A DNA stretch of 64,000 nt, from the NCBI GenBank assembly GCA_010909165.1, contig MU008162.1:868001-932000 (forward strand). The letters are read 5' to 3'. Below, piece after piece: positions 26,171 to 39,110 of the stretch. The position numbers and the translations under genes were made by a program. The notes beneath the pieces were generated by a model. The model was not told where the DNA came from, did no database searches, and saw only the letters and a list, made by a program, of their open reading frames with translations. Source of the stretch: Anthoceros angustus (Eukaryota > Plantae > Anthocerotophyta). The stretch's first letter is position 1, and each line of letters opens with the position of its first letter.

Positions 26171-27332
26171 ACGGCGCATGAAAATATCGACTGTGTTGTG
26201 GATGACGGAGCGCTGCCTATGGATGATGGGTACATTTTATGCAGAGGTTGACTTTAAATGTTGCTTGTACTCTCTCGAGCTGTAATGAGTACGTAATAAC
26301 TACCTCAAAGTTATGACAAAAAGCTATATGCTAAAGGCGGCCGTCTATGTGGCTGCGGTCCATGTGACATGCGGATATCACATTGCCGGTGGCCACAGAC
26401 GGTACATATGCACTTGACGTATATTTATCATATTCAAGTGCCTGTGTGGTCATGGTCGTACCACTCTAGTTTATGTATATTTTGACATGTTTAAGTATGG
26501 GTTTACTATTGATGGAGACCTATTTACTCTTCGTGTGTTTGATGCAACTACATACATACATGGTGCCATCGTATGTTTGATGCCAACTACATACATACTT
26601 GGTGCCATCGAATGTTTGATGCCAACTACATTAGAAACAATAGGATGGGAGTGTGTTCACTTCTTTGAGACAAGTGTAGCTAAGAACATCGTCCTCGTTT
26701 TCATTGGTGGAGAGTGGTGTTCCTTCACAGCGGAAGTGGTGGTGCTCCTTCACAGAGAGTTGTGTTCCTTCACATGTAGGACCTATCTTGGGAGTGGTTT
26801 CTTTGAGGCGGTGCTCTCTTGCTCGCGTATCTATATATTCAATCTTGATGTATGTGAGCTCCACTATATTCAAATATCATATATCCATCACAAAGCTTCT
26901 ATGCTATGTCATCGAGGGCAATGATCTTGGCTAGGGCTCCTCTATCCTCAAGATGTTAAGCCTTATATATCAAGGAGCATATGAACTTATTATTTAAAGA
27001 CCGGAGCCGGGATCTTTGTGTTGGCGAGAACTAGGGGTTGAAACCCTCGGTGGAATATGTGCCGTCGTTGGCGGATAAATTGAAGATCCGAAGGCATAGA
27101 ACCTTTTGAGGATAAAGTGAAGATTGACAAGGCATGGTACATCTTGGGTGACATGCGGTTCTTAAGCTATATGGAATGAGCCAATGATTGGGAAGATATT
27201 TTCACATTCGAATCGAGGTGAAGATAAGGGATGTTATCCAATTACAAGCTCATTATATTGGCGCTTTGAGTGCAGTGCTACTGTGATTACATGTGCGAGT
27301 TAATCTTATATATATTGGCTACTTGGAAGGCT

Positions 27333-27558
27333 AGGCCCTAGATGTTACGGTGAGTGTTATGCCTAGGTGTTGCGTTTGAATCTTGGGCCCTAGATGTTGC
27401 GAGTGTTTTAGGTGTTATGCCCTAGATGTTGCGGTTGAGTGTTATGCCCTAGATGTTGCGTTGAGTGTTATGCCCTAGGTGTTGCGGTATGGGCCCTAGA
27501 TGTTTCGAGTGCTATGCCCTAGGTGTTGCGGTTTAGTGTTATGCCCTAGATGTTGCGA
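27333..27558. repeat. ~27-bp minisatellite GCCCTAGATGTTGCGGTTGAGTGTTAT, about 9 degenerate copies
   Basis: CCCTAG(A/G)TGTT recurs every ~22-33 bp. Confidence 0.9.
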
Positions 27559-27699
27559 TTGATTGATGGTTGTTGATTGTGTGATTGTTGTGAGCTCTAT
27601 TACATGTTCGTGAGTCCATTTTCATCATCTGATTCTTTGCTTATACTTTTGGGCTTCTTTTCCTCTGAGGATCTCACCGGCTTTTAGGTCTTGAGATTC

Positions 27700-29640
27700 T
27701 GGTGTGGGCGTTAGTTTGGTGGTTGGCGGTGGTCACATGGGTTGCACCCCTCTTGGCTGGGGCCCTTTGGCGGCCTTTTGGGGTTCGCCATACAGACTCA
27801 AACTCTGTATGTCCGGTCAGTGGGGTCATTTTGCCTCGGTCCCGGTACCTCTTGACCTGTTACCCTTCAAGGCGTTTGGGCCCTTTTAGTCCCCATCCAA
27901 TGGGCGATCCACACCTCCGGATCGCAAGGACACTCCTTGTCATGCTCAACTCTCTGCGTCAAGGGGTGAAAACTCACCTCGGGCACATGCATAAAGATTT
28001 CGACCGGACTACAGGCTGCCCAAGTGCTGCCTGCGACCTCCTCCACGCCCCGGCCGCGCATGCAGCTTTCTCCTTGTGGTGCCTCTTTCTTCCTTGCGGA
28101 GTCAGCTGGATCACATCCTTGGGATGTTCGAAACCCGCTTTCCATGTCCGCGCATCTTCGCGAGCTTCCTCGGCACCTTCACGATGATGCCGTCGGCATT
28201 TCGTCTTCCCTAGATCGCCTTGTCGATCCGGGATGAGTTAGCTTGGTGTCTCCTCCTTCTTCTCCCCGATGGTGTCTTGATTGCACTAGGGGGCTTCAAG
28301 TGAAGTTGCTAGCCGTCTTGGCGTTTTTTGTAGGCGGCTCTTGAGGAGGAGGCATGCGTCTTTGCCAAGTCCCGGGCGGAATCGCCGGATTGGGCAGTGC
28401 AGGTAATGCAACAAACCTCTGCCGCAAGTTGCTTGGCAGTGGTGAATATGCCCATAGGGCTCTTCGACCCGTCCCTCCGGCCTCCGCTTGAGAGACAATT
28501 GCCTCGTGCCTCCATCCGCCACCTAAGGATGCCATTCCCTCGATTTGTACGCTGTGGATAAGAAGGCAATCAAGGATAAGTTAATTGAATTGTGAGACTT
28601 TATTCAACCAACGAGTCAAAGTGCCACCGAGGAGAGTGAAGATGATGGTCATGATGCCGTGCCCAGCGAAGATGATGGTGTGCAATCAGACAAAGAGGAG
28701 GAAACCCTCTTAATATTAGGTCATCTTTCGACGGGCAATTGGTTAGGTTATGTGTCAAGCTCAATTCTTGTAGTTCGGAGTGCACATTTTCAAGCACAGT
28801 ACATATTTCTAAAAAGCGTCTAGGCCCATGATAGGATTTTGGTTGTGGGTGTCCTCTGTATGCCGTTGTAGACTTGACATGCTTAATAACTTCTAATTTT
28901 CAAGCCTTTTTCCATTACATGCGGAAGGACATGTGGGGAGTGTGGCCGTAGGACTGCGCTCGGTATTGCGGCACACTGACAGGCAACACACGATGAGCCC
29001 TGCAGGCATGTTTCTCTGTGCGATATGTCGGCGGGAACTAGCTACCACACACTTTTTTTCGTTCATCGATTGCAAGTTGTGGGACTGAATCATGTGATTA
29101 TATTTGCGGGCACAATTCAGGCTATGCGAAAGCCATCCTCCACCCCACACCCAAAGTCTTTTTGTAAACAAATCCCACTATAGGCCTGCTACTCTCTGCC
29201 ATTCGCAAGGCATCATCGCAATGCCAGGAATAGGGCGTCGACGTCCTTCCCCTCAAACCTGCAATTTGCTCCCCAACCGTCAGCGGGTCAGCCTATTATC
29301 TAAATATGATCACCGTACTTTTTAGGAGTCTTTAGGGATACTGTACGAGAAAGACCGGCAGTGACCGACAACAATGGCCCTTGTCATGGGTCTTACATGC
29401 ACCACAAATAGGGTCAACTCTTACACCATAACCCTTCGCTGGCATGAAATGGACCTTGTATCACTGGTTCACACGAATTGTCACCCTTCTTTTCTGCCTT
29501 AAATTCACTCATACCTCAAAAACCACGAGTTCAATACCCATGTGAAACCTCCTTTAGGAGATAAAAGTCACAAAACCTTCTTCGTGGATATTCACCCCCT
29601 TCGAAAGATACCATGTTTACAAAATTATCTTAAATACATG
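27700..29640. mobile_element. Degenerate retrotransposon-like debris, with a Copia-LTR-like tract at ~29500-29640
   Basis: Fragmented ORFs with no clear domain. AAACCACGAG...GTGAAACCTCCTTTAGGAGATAAAAGTCAC resembles a plant Copia LTR motif. Confidence 0.3.
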
Positions 29641-29709
29641 TAAGGTGGTGTTGTAATGACCATTCACGATTAACCTAAATATTAAATAATTAATAACTGG
29701 TAGGTTAAA

Positions 29710-30986
29710 CTAATCCCCTACTTCTAATAAGATATCATAAAATAAGTGCAATTGATTGATGGTGTTCCTTTTGTATATCATGGTTAGCACACAATTTGCT
29801 ACACCAGCTTCTACTATGGTTTTTGAAGAGAGTGTGTCTAAGGCATAGATGCTTGCAACACCATCTCTACTTGGAGTACTAAAGTAAAACTCCTCATTGG
29901 ATTTGTGAAACAACCACTTCACTTGCACTTGCTTCAAACAAAACAACCATAAATATGATGAAGGATCGGACAACAAAAAACGACGTTGAACTCTTTGACC
30001 ATCTAGCAAACGAAATGCAACTTGACAAGTTGTCCACCTGTATTGTCTTCCTCGGCTCGTCGGGAAGATCGTTACTTCAAACCAAGGATAACTAGTATTG
30101 TAGTGTACGTCTTTGAGGATAACTCCAGCTGGAAGATCCCAAGGTTCCACTTCATCGTGTTCTTCAAATAGTGCTCCCAAAGGTAGTGCTTCATCCATGA
30201 CATCTGTTGTGAAAGGTCGTTTGTAAGTGAATGGCGCCCATTGCTCTGTAAATGCGTCCGAACCGATGTCACTTGCATCACATTGTTTCAATTTCTCCCC
30301 AGTAAGTGGGTCAATCACAAGTATGCAGCAAGTCTTTTCAGCTATATTGTAAAAGGTTTTCACTTTTAAAATCTCTATGGTACCGGCTGAGACTTCCCAA
30401 AGAAGGAAAGATCGTTTCGAGATCCTTCAAAATTTCATTCTGGATTTTTCCCACTCTCCAAAATATGGGAACTCCATTTTGTCCCCATGGATGTAGGCTA
30501 GGAGCCACTTGTCCATCCTTAATGCCTCTAGCTTTGCATCATGCAAATTTCCATAATAAGATTGCATGGATGTGTACGTGGAATGGGATGGCCATCGACC
30601 TTCATAAGTTACATGTGCGTAGTCGTATTCATCATCTTGCACATAAGCTTCTTCCCATGCCTCATTGGTGGCTTCTTCACGAGTTTCAGGCCATGGTTCT
30701 CCATGAGTAGTTTCTTCATAAGTTGCACTCCATGGTTGTTCATCACTCCATGGTTGGTTATCCGTGGTTTCTTTATAGGTTGCACTCCATGGTTGTTCAT
30801 CACTCCATGGTTGGTTATCCGTGGTTTCTTCACAAGTGTAACTCCATGGTTGTTCATGGTGGCTTCTTCATAAGATGCACTCCATGGTTGTTCATATGTG
30901 GCTTCTTCATAAGTCTCACTCCACTCCACTTCGGATTGGTTATCAATTTCACTCACCAATACATCTTCCCTATGGTTGCCTTCCAT
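29710..30986 (-). pseudogene. Intronless PUX7/UBXN7-like gene (acidic QPWS repeats + UAS thioredoxin-like + UBX), frameshifted as assembled
   Basis: UAS-like EALRMDKWLLAYI and SFLLWEV...KTFYNI...CILVIDPLTGEKLK. UBX-like TCQVAFRLLDGQRVQRRFLLSDPSSYLWLFC...KTIVEAGVANC. Split over several frames. Confidence 0.8.
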
Positions 30987-33406
30987 CTTGAATCAAGGGA
31001 AGACCGTAAACACTAAATAAGATTATGAAAAGAAGGTACGACCTCCTCAAGGTGTTGCTCTTTGCTTCTCTTGGATACTACAAGAGAGCTTGACGATCTA
31101 TGCCTTTGTGGCGCGTGGGTTAATACAAGCTATGGCTTTGGCACATGGTCTTAAGACATCAAAAGGAACTTATGAGCTAGCAAGCTAACATCAATGTCGA
31201 CTTGCATTCATAAATATAGCATAGTACAACACACATATATAGTATGTCCTTCATTTATATCTCGCAGTCTACGAGGTGGATTTAACTTCACAACACATCG
31301 AGGAGGGACCACATCCTTCATTAGCCCTTCCTTAGCTCCAAAGCATGTTGTCACCCAACATCACGGTTGCTTAGGGCAAAGAGGGCCCCAATGTAGGATC
31401 GATCTCCCCGAGATAAATTTGCTTGTCACTACCACATGATCCAATAATCGGCTCTTTTGGATGAAACACAGACTCATTCACCGACCCATTATGCCTTGGC
31501 AGCTTGTACAGTCGTCATTTATATTCTCGATATATATGGTTAGTGCAAGTTTTGCTAAAAAAGGAAACTTTATGGATCATGTGGGTTTCATTTTGGAAAA
31601 ATAAAACCAACTGGATAGTGAAATAAATTATTAGTTTTTATATATGAAATAATATGAGATCTTAAGTTACACTATAGTTTTGTGCAGTATTGGCCGTAAG
31701 CGTGATGGTCCCTTTTCGTGCTTCCTATCTTGTGAGTTCTAACGCGTGAGACCCCTTGTTGTATCTGTAATGCTCACGATAATGTTAAGCTTGACTATCA
31801 CACAGAAGCTTCATTCATTAGACATTGACAATTGCGATCGGCGCGCTCCTTTTTACACACTCTCACATTGTTTCAATTTCTCCCGAAGTGGGTCAATCAC
31901 AAGTATGCAGCAAGTCTTTTCAGCTATATTGTAAAAGGTTTTCACTTTTAAAATCTCTATGGTACCGGCTGAGACTTCCCAAAGAAGGAAAGATCGCTTA
32001 ACAAGATCCTTCAGAATCTCATTACTGGATTTTTCCCACTCTCCAAAATATGGGAACTCCATTTTGTCCCCATGGATGTAGGCTAGGAGCCACTTGTCCA
32101 TCCTTAATGCCTCTGCATCATGCAAATTTAATAAGATTGCATGGATGTACGTGGAATGGGATGGCCATCGACCTTCATAAGTTACATGTGCGTAGTCGTA
32201 TTCATCATCTTGCACATAAGCTTCTTCCCATGCCTCATTGGTGGCTTCTTCACGAGTTTCAGGCCATGGTTCTCCATGAGTAGTTTCTTCATAAGTTGCA
32301 CTCCATGGTTGTTCATCACTCCATGGTTGGTTATCCGTGGTTTCTTCACAAGTGTAACTCCATGGTTGTTCATGGGTGGCTTCCTCACAAGTTACGTTCC
32401 ACTCTTGTTCATACGTGGCTTCTTCACAAGTCTCACTCCACTCCACTTCGTCGGATTGGTTATCAATTTCACTCACCAATGCATCTTCCCTATGGTTGCG
32501 TTCCATCTTGAATCAAGGGAAGACCGTAAACACTAAATAAGATTATGAAATAAAGGTACGCAGCCTCCTCAAGGTGTTGGCTCTTTGCTTCTCTTGGAGT
32601 ACTACAATAAAGAGAGCTTGACGATCTATGCCTTTGTCGTGCTGCGCAGGGTTAACTTAATACAACTGCTATGGCTTTGGCACATGGTCTTAAGACATCA
32701 AAAAGGAACTTATGAGCTAGCAAGCTAACATCAATGTCGACTTGCATTCATAAATATAGCATAGTACAACACACATATATAGTATGTCCTTCATTTATAT
32801 CTCAGCAGGTCTACGAGGCTGTGGATTTAACTTCACAACACATCGAGGAGGGACCACATCCTTTCATTAGCCCTTCCTTAGCTCCAAAGCATGTTGTCAC
32901 CCAACATCCTGAAGTTGCTTAGGGCAAAGAGGGCCCCAATGTAGGATCGATCTCCCCGAGATAAATTTGTCACTACCACATGATCCAATAATCGGCTCTT
33001 TTGGATGAAACAGACTCATTCACCGACCCATTATGCCTTACATCATCCATTTATATTTATATATATGGTTAGTGTGCAAGTTTTGCTAAAAAAGGAAACT
33101 TTATGGATCATGTGGGTTTCATTTTGGAAAAATAAAACCAACTGGATAGTGAAATAAATTATTAGTTTTTATATATGAAATAATATGAGATCTTAAGTTA
33201 CACTATAGTTTTGTGCGATGTAAGCGTGATGGTCCCTTTTCGTGCTTCCTATCTTGTGAGTTCTAACGCGTGAGACCCCTTGTTGTATCTGTAATGCTCA
33301 CGATAATGTTAAGCTTGACTATCACACAGAAGCTTCATTCATTAGACATTGACAATTGCGATCGAAAGCGCAGCTCTGCTTTTTTGCACACTCTCCACAT
33401 TGTTTC
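30279..33406. repeat. Tandem duplication of ~1.55 kb (~30279-31864 and ~31865-33406)
   Basis: Colinear near-identical sequence. CACATTGTTTC is present at all three boundaries. Confidence 0.92.
31853..32506 (-). pseudogene. Second, 3'-truncated copy of the PUX7-like gene (repeats + UAS, no UBX)
   Basis: The 217-aa ORF ends at the duplication junction immediately after CCILVIDPLREKLKQC. Confidence 0.8.
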
Positions 33407-33950
33407 GACTTGGAAAGGTCGAGTTTGCTTCAAACACCCTTCATAACTCTTTTTGTGGCTTTTCGATTTTTCTTCTTCTTCCCCCTTCTCTCTTCCCTGT
33501 CCAAATGCTTTTCCCTTTGATGCAACGAGAATCTTCTCAGTGTGCACTCTTCCGACGCCACTAGAACGAGTTCTACTCTGCTTCTCTTGAAATAGGGCTC
33601 CAATGACCTCATTGAAGGTCAGAGTTGGTATTTTCCTAGATTTAATTGCATAAACAGATGCTCGCAAGGAAGAGTTCTAACTGGAAACAAATTGCTGATA
33701 GAAAGGTGGAAGACTATAGAGGAGCTAAGTAACAACATCAACGTCTTCCAGCTTGCTTCCCAACATGGCCAGCCTTGCCTTCAGATAGCGAAACTCGTTG
33801 ATTTGAGCTCCAATGCTGTCGACACCCTTCCTTCATTCTTACCCCATAGTATTCGTTTCTAGTTAGTGTAAGGATGTTCTGAACTTGATGAGTTCCTTTC
33901 ATCTGTGTCCAATGTGGCACGAGGTAAGCACTTGCATTAGAAAATTACTT
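33400..33950 (-). mobile_element. Degenerate Copia gag (UBN2-type) fragment
   Basis: NILTLTRNEYYGVRMKEG and TLTFNEVIGALFQE resemble Copia gag helices, and the latter matches SLSELIGALIQEE in the element at 56.8 kb. Confidence 0.6.
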
Positions 33951-34597
33951 TCAAACATAGTTCTAGGGGATACCTTGTAAAGAGTTCCCATGGGAACAAT
34001 ACATGATATACCTTGTATTGCTTGTGGTGCGCATGGAAAGCGTTCTAAAATTCTTCTTCTTCTTCTAAGTAACCATAAATTAAAAAACTACTTTCAAACA
34101 TAGTTCTCCAAGTCATTGCTTCGAAAAGGGGATACCTTTTATAGGGTTCCGATTGCCCTAGGTCTCCTCTCAAGAGTATGAAATTGAGAATATGCTCCAG
34201 GTTGGGAACAATACCTGTCGCACCTTGTATGTTGCCACAAAAGCTCCATCTCCTTCGCCAGTAGTTTCGCTCGACTCCTTTAAGGCTTGACCTCGTTTTT
34301 GCTTGAGGCGCCGGAACCTCGCTTGTGAGGTTTCTGGCCGGTTGTTGTATCGGGCTCTGCCCTCCTTCAGCCATCAGGCTTTGTTCCTGGTCTTTTTATC
34401 TTAATTAACTGAACCTTTATCACGTAGAAAAACAATTTGGCTCGACCCTACAATGTGGTTGGACAATAGCGAGATACGGAGAGCTCCCAGTCTAGTGACT
34501 TCCGGTGAGGTCCTGTGGCTAAGCAGCATATTCATGCGGGTTTGGGTTGATGAGCAACTCGTTTATTGGGGTGAAAGCACTGTGATTGTGACCAAGT

Positions 34598-35238
34598 TAT
34601 GTCAGCAGGGGAAGTTGACTCAGGCAGTCTGACTCCTGGAATCTCTGGGGCAGACACTATCCTGTTTGTGAGTCTCTATTTTATATTATTGTAACTAAAC
34701 TGTGTGCAGCTAAGAAGGATCTGGTTATGGGCAACGAGTTCACGATCTCACTGCCAAACATGGGTACGAGCTGGATGCATGCTTGGGGAACCATATCCTG
34801 AAAAAGAGGTTATGAAAGAACCAACCCCGTTGATCAGGGCTACGGCTCAAGTTTCTGAAAGCCAACCCACCACCAGAGATGAAAAACCAACCCACCAGTA
34901 GAGATGCTTGCAGCTCGCTCGGCAGGGCTGTTCAGCTCACAGGGAATGGCACGGCATATATCTACATCTGTAGTCCGCGAAAAGAAGTGTGGCACGTTAT
35001 GTCAGCAGGGGAAGCTTCCTGATGCAGTTGGAGCCCTGGAGTCTCTTGGGCAGACGGACTAAAACTGTGTAGCTAAGAAGGATCTGGTAATGGGAAACGA
35101 GTTCACGATCTCGCTGTCAACATGGGTCCGAGACGGATGCATACTTAGGGAAACATATCCTGCGCATGTATGCATGTGGAGGTAAGCTACAGGAGGCCAT
35201 GGATGTGGTCACCAGGGTAGGGGAACCACATGCCTTCA
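34598..35238 (+). pseudogene. Two direct-repeat N-terminal PLS-PPR fragments (~34598-34800 and ~34997-35238)
   Basis: LCQQGKL..AV..LESLGQT and CAAKKDLVMGKRVHDL...DAYLGKHILRMYACGGKLQEAMDV, with stops and frameshifts. Confidence 0.75.
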
Positions 35239-35239
35239 G

Positions 35240-37070
35240 ATGTGGTTTTGCGTACACTTGGCGTACATGTTTATCAAACCGTGGCCTAGAGCCACAGTTC
35301 TTCTTCTAGAGCCAAATTAGCATGAGCCCCTTGTTCTTCACTTTGTACAGGAAGCTTCCTTCCCGCATGCAAAGCTGAGCTGCCACACCTACCTGCACTG
35401 GCCTGAAGCAGGCACACAAAATGTAACAGAATCAGGTTAAGCAATCCCTTGTTGTTGCACACCACTGTAACCACCGACGGCTTCCTGGCCCACGGCCTGA
35501 TGGGAATATCTGCTGCATGACTGTTCCATATCACCACATGTATCCGCAAAAGTCCAGGGCTGCAAACTCGTTGCATACATGTTTACCAAACTGTTGGCTA
35601 CAAACTCATTCACCAGAGCGCTTGCTCTCGAATCTGTGCAGGAAGCGTGCAGCAGAAGCTGCTTGGACTTCTTGAAAGCCAGGGCACCCACTTGCACATG
35701 TCTGCCAAACAAACGTCAGACGATCAGATGCATGATGCCTTCTTGTTGTATAGCACTACAACGACCAAGGGCTTATTGACCATGCTCTGCTGGAAATTGT
35801 ACTGCCATCATGGAATTCCATGTCGCCAAACTTTCTGAACAAGTTCATCAGACAATCTGTGTCCATCCTCAAAGGCTGCCACACATTGTCTACACAGCTG
35901 TAGGGTACAAACCCATCCACTACAGTCCTTGCTCTGTAACCCCTACACATCATGTTGCAGTCCAATATGAACAAGAGTGTTTTGTGTATCAAAATATTCC
36001 TAAACAGCCAGGTAGCGCTTGTGTAACCACCCAATCCTGTCCAATCGTCAGTAACAATAAAAGGAAACATGGTTACAAGTTGCGGAACAAGTGTTTCTGG
36101 ACCGAAGTTCATAATCAGTGACTATCCCCGGAATGCAGTAGCGGGCAAGGGCATCGAACACCCGGCAAGAGGATGGTTTATCTCCAGCCGGATGTAGACA
36201 AAACAGTGAGGCTTGCATTCCTTCAATTGCCTGCACAAGGTACAACAGAATTTGATAATAAAACCGACAACCGACACTGTTGCCCGCATGCAGGAAGCCA
36301 ACACCCTCCACGATTTCCATGCCCTCCCAGCAGGTCCCCACGATCTTCAATCTGTACATGAAGCTGCCTTCCCGCATGCAAAGCTGAGCTGCCACACCGC
36401 ACAGGCCTGAAGCAGGGAGACAGAAGTAACAAAATTAGGTCACCAATCCCTTCTTGTTTGCTCAGCACTGTAACCACAGACTGCAGGGAATATCCTGGTG
36501 CTATGGCATTCCATATCACCAGATCTATTTGCACGAGTCCGTCGAACAAGCTGTGTGCACATCCAGCGCTATCACACGTTGCATACATGTTTACCAAACT
36601 GTTGTCTACAAACTCATCCTCCGGAGCCCTTGCTCTCTAGTTTGTGCATGAATCAGAAGCAGAAGCGGCTTACGCTTCCTGAAAGCTAGGGCACCCACAC
36701 TTGCACATACCTGCAGGAGGCAAACAAAAGTCAGAGAGTCAGGTGCATGATGCGTCTTGTTGCATAGCACTGCAAAGACCAAGGGCTTCCTGACCCATCC
36801 TCTGCAGGAGATACCCTGCCATCGTGGAATTCTATGTCGCCAAGTCTTTCTGCACAAGGTCATCAAACAACCTCTGCGCATGCTCAAGGCTGCCACATTT
36901 GCATAAATGTTTGTCAAATTGTAGGCTGCAAACTCATCCTCCCGAAGCCCTTGTTTTCTAACTCTGCACATCATTTTGAAGTATAATGTGAAGAACAGTG
37001 TTTTGTGTGCCAAAGTACCGAGTACCCTAAACAGCGAGGTAACGCTTATGTACATACCCAATCCTGTCCA
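35240..37070 (-). pseudogene. Degenerate PLS-class PPR fragments (two paralogous blocks)
   Basis: NEFVANSLVNMYA, VNMYATCDSAGCAHSLFDGL..DLVIWNAI..GY and PDSLTFVCLLQVCASVGAL, with many frameshifts. Confidence 0.85.
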
Positions 37071-37277
37071 GCCTCCACCACTGCAAAAAACCCGTCAGGA
37101 ACATCAGAAAGAAATACTTACAAGTACCGGGACAAGTGTTCATATCATGTGCTGAGCACAATTCCGTGTGTTACAGGGACAACCTCATTTGGGAATGGAC
37201 TGCTGATTCTTCCCCCTTACTCCCACATGCAAGCAACATTTAGCCTATGCCTGCTGACTGGCTATACTTCTTCAGTC

Positions 37278-37800
37278 TCATGGTAGACCCTTACAACTGC
37301 AACAGCTAGCTGCGAATCGATGCCAACGGTATCCATCCCTTACAACAATCTCGCTTCTTTTCAACCCTTCACATGAGGTGGGTGCGGACTGTGGCGACCA
37401 CTGCACATGCGCAGATTCTTCGTTGCCACCAGAGGTGTGCCACTCGGGGTGTTCGAGAGACCAAAGGGCAGAGCTAGCTTCTCATAATCAGCATGCCCGC
37501 AAAGCACATGTTCCTTTTCTTCAGACGTGCATTTAGGCTCTCTACGTTGAGACTGCAGGTTTATTCTCAGCTCCTGCTACCATTCTGTGTGTTTCAATAC
37601 TAGTCATCGACATTCGTCCAACAACCTGCGTGTGCACGGGCATTGGCCATGAGCACATATGCGGATGCACCGGTCCCTGAGCCTCCAGTCTGATGAGACT
37701 TTCAAAACAGCACGTCCCCCTCACTGTATCACCATGACTTTTGCAGGCATTCAGCGGAGACGTTCTGTGCCTCATCCAAATGGCCTGAACGCCCAAAACA
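37278..37800 (-). pseudogene. E1-E2-DYW:KP (GRP-type) PPR editing-factor C-terminus, degenerate
   Basis: Manual minus-strand translation across frameshifts: LGRSGHLDEA..LNACKSHGD..SAYVLMANA..AGAENKPA..EEKEHVLCGHA(DY)EKLALPFGLSNTPSGTPLVATKNLRMC..EIVV.DGYRWHRFAASCCSCKGLP*. The TGA is at 37278-37280. Confidence 0.85.
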
Positions 37801-38074
37801 ATAAATTATAGAACTGTGATGTCCCACAGTAGGTGTGATGCCATACTGTTCAAGCATGGAATCAAAGTGCTTGCGCGTCCGTCATGGTCGTCGGAGGAAG
37901 GATCGGGGGTGCGATGGCGTAGGTGCGTCAATCTCCTCCCTGGTCGGGCGCTGCTCTTGGCAGCGTTGGCAGGCAGCATGGGTTGCCGGTGTCGTTCCCG
38001 GGCCCCTGGCTCCTCGAGGTGGTCACTACGCCGCAGATCCCTACCCAGCCACCAGCAGGAGAAGTACGGTGAGT

Positions 38075-38230
38075 AGTGGGCAGCGACTTGATGACTCCCT
38101 GGCGTTGGAGGGAAGGTCGATGAAGCAGGACATCAAGCTGACCCGTTTGTAGCTAGCAGTTTGGTGAACATGTATGCAAAGTGTGACAGCTTGGAAGATG
38201 ATCACAGACAGTTTTTTAATGAACTGGATG
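38075..38230 (+). pseudogene. PPR fragment
   Basis: HQADPFVASSLVNMYAKCDSLED. Confidence 0.7.
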
Positions 38231-38394
38231 AGAAGTCATAAAGATCACAAGTCTTCTGGTTTCTCCACGCTTATTCCCGCAGTGAGATCTGGATCGCGTT
38301 TCCTGCTTGCTAATTTTCATCGGTTACCTTCCACTCCCTTGCCCTTGATCCGTCGAAATTAAAATGGTAGGCTATGTCCTTGAGCGATATGTCA

Positions 38395-39110
38395 TTCGTA
38401 AGTCCGTCGAACAAGCTGGGTGGATCTCCAGGGCTTATGAAAAGTTGCGAATATGCTTATCAAACTGTTGGCCACAAACTCATCCACCTGAGCCTTGTTC
38501 CCAAATCTGTGCACGAAGGATAAACCAAGAGCTGCTTACGCTTCTTGAAAGGCGGGGCACCCGCACTCAAACATGCAGGAGGCACATAAAAGTCAGTTGA
38601 ACCAGGTGCATGCTGCCTTCTTGTTGCATAGCACCGCAAAGACCAAGGGCTCCCTGACCCATGCTCTGCTGGACATATCCTGCCATCCTGGAATACCATG
38701 TCGCAAGTCTTTCTGCGCACGTTCAGCAAACAACCTGTCTGCATCCTCAAGGCCACGATTTGCATATATGTTCATCAAACTGTAGGCTACAAACATTCTC
38801 CTGAAGCCTCTGTTCTCTAGATATCATGTCGAAGTCCAATCTGGCGAAGCGAAGGTGCAAGTGTCAAAATATCAAATACCCTAAACACCGAGCTATCGCT
38901 TGTCTAGACACCAACCCTGTCAAGCCCCAACCAACGCAAAATACCCGTCAGGAACATTTCTTCACCTCAATGGCCGCCACTGCAGGTCTCCAGTCAGGTC
39001 CTGCTACCATTCGGTTTCAATACTAGTCTCTCGAAATCCGTCCATCTACCTGCATCTGCATAGGCATTGGCCATGAGCACATGTGGCGCGGATGCACTGG
39101 TTCCTGAGGT
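38395..39110 (-). pseudogene. Third PLS-PPR block plus a second E2 remnant (~38975-39110)
   Basis: MFVAYSLMNIYANRGLEDADRLFAERAQKDL and HVLMANAYADAGRW. Paralogous to 36560-37070 and 37540-37680. Confidence 0.75.

Noticed and set aside
27333-27558. Regularly spaced repeats resembling a CRISPR array
   Set aside because: The units are contiguous, have no unique spacers and no cas genes, and the context is eukaryotic. It is a minisatellite.
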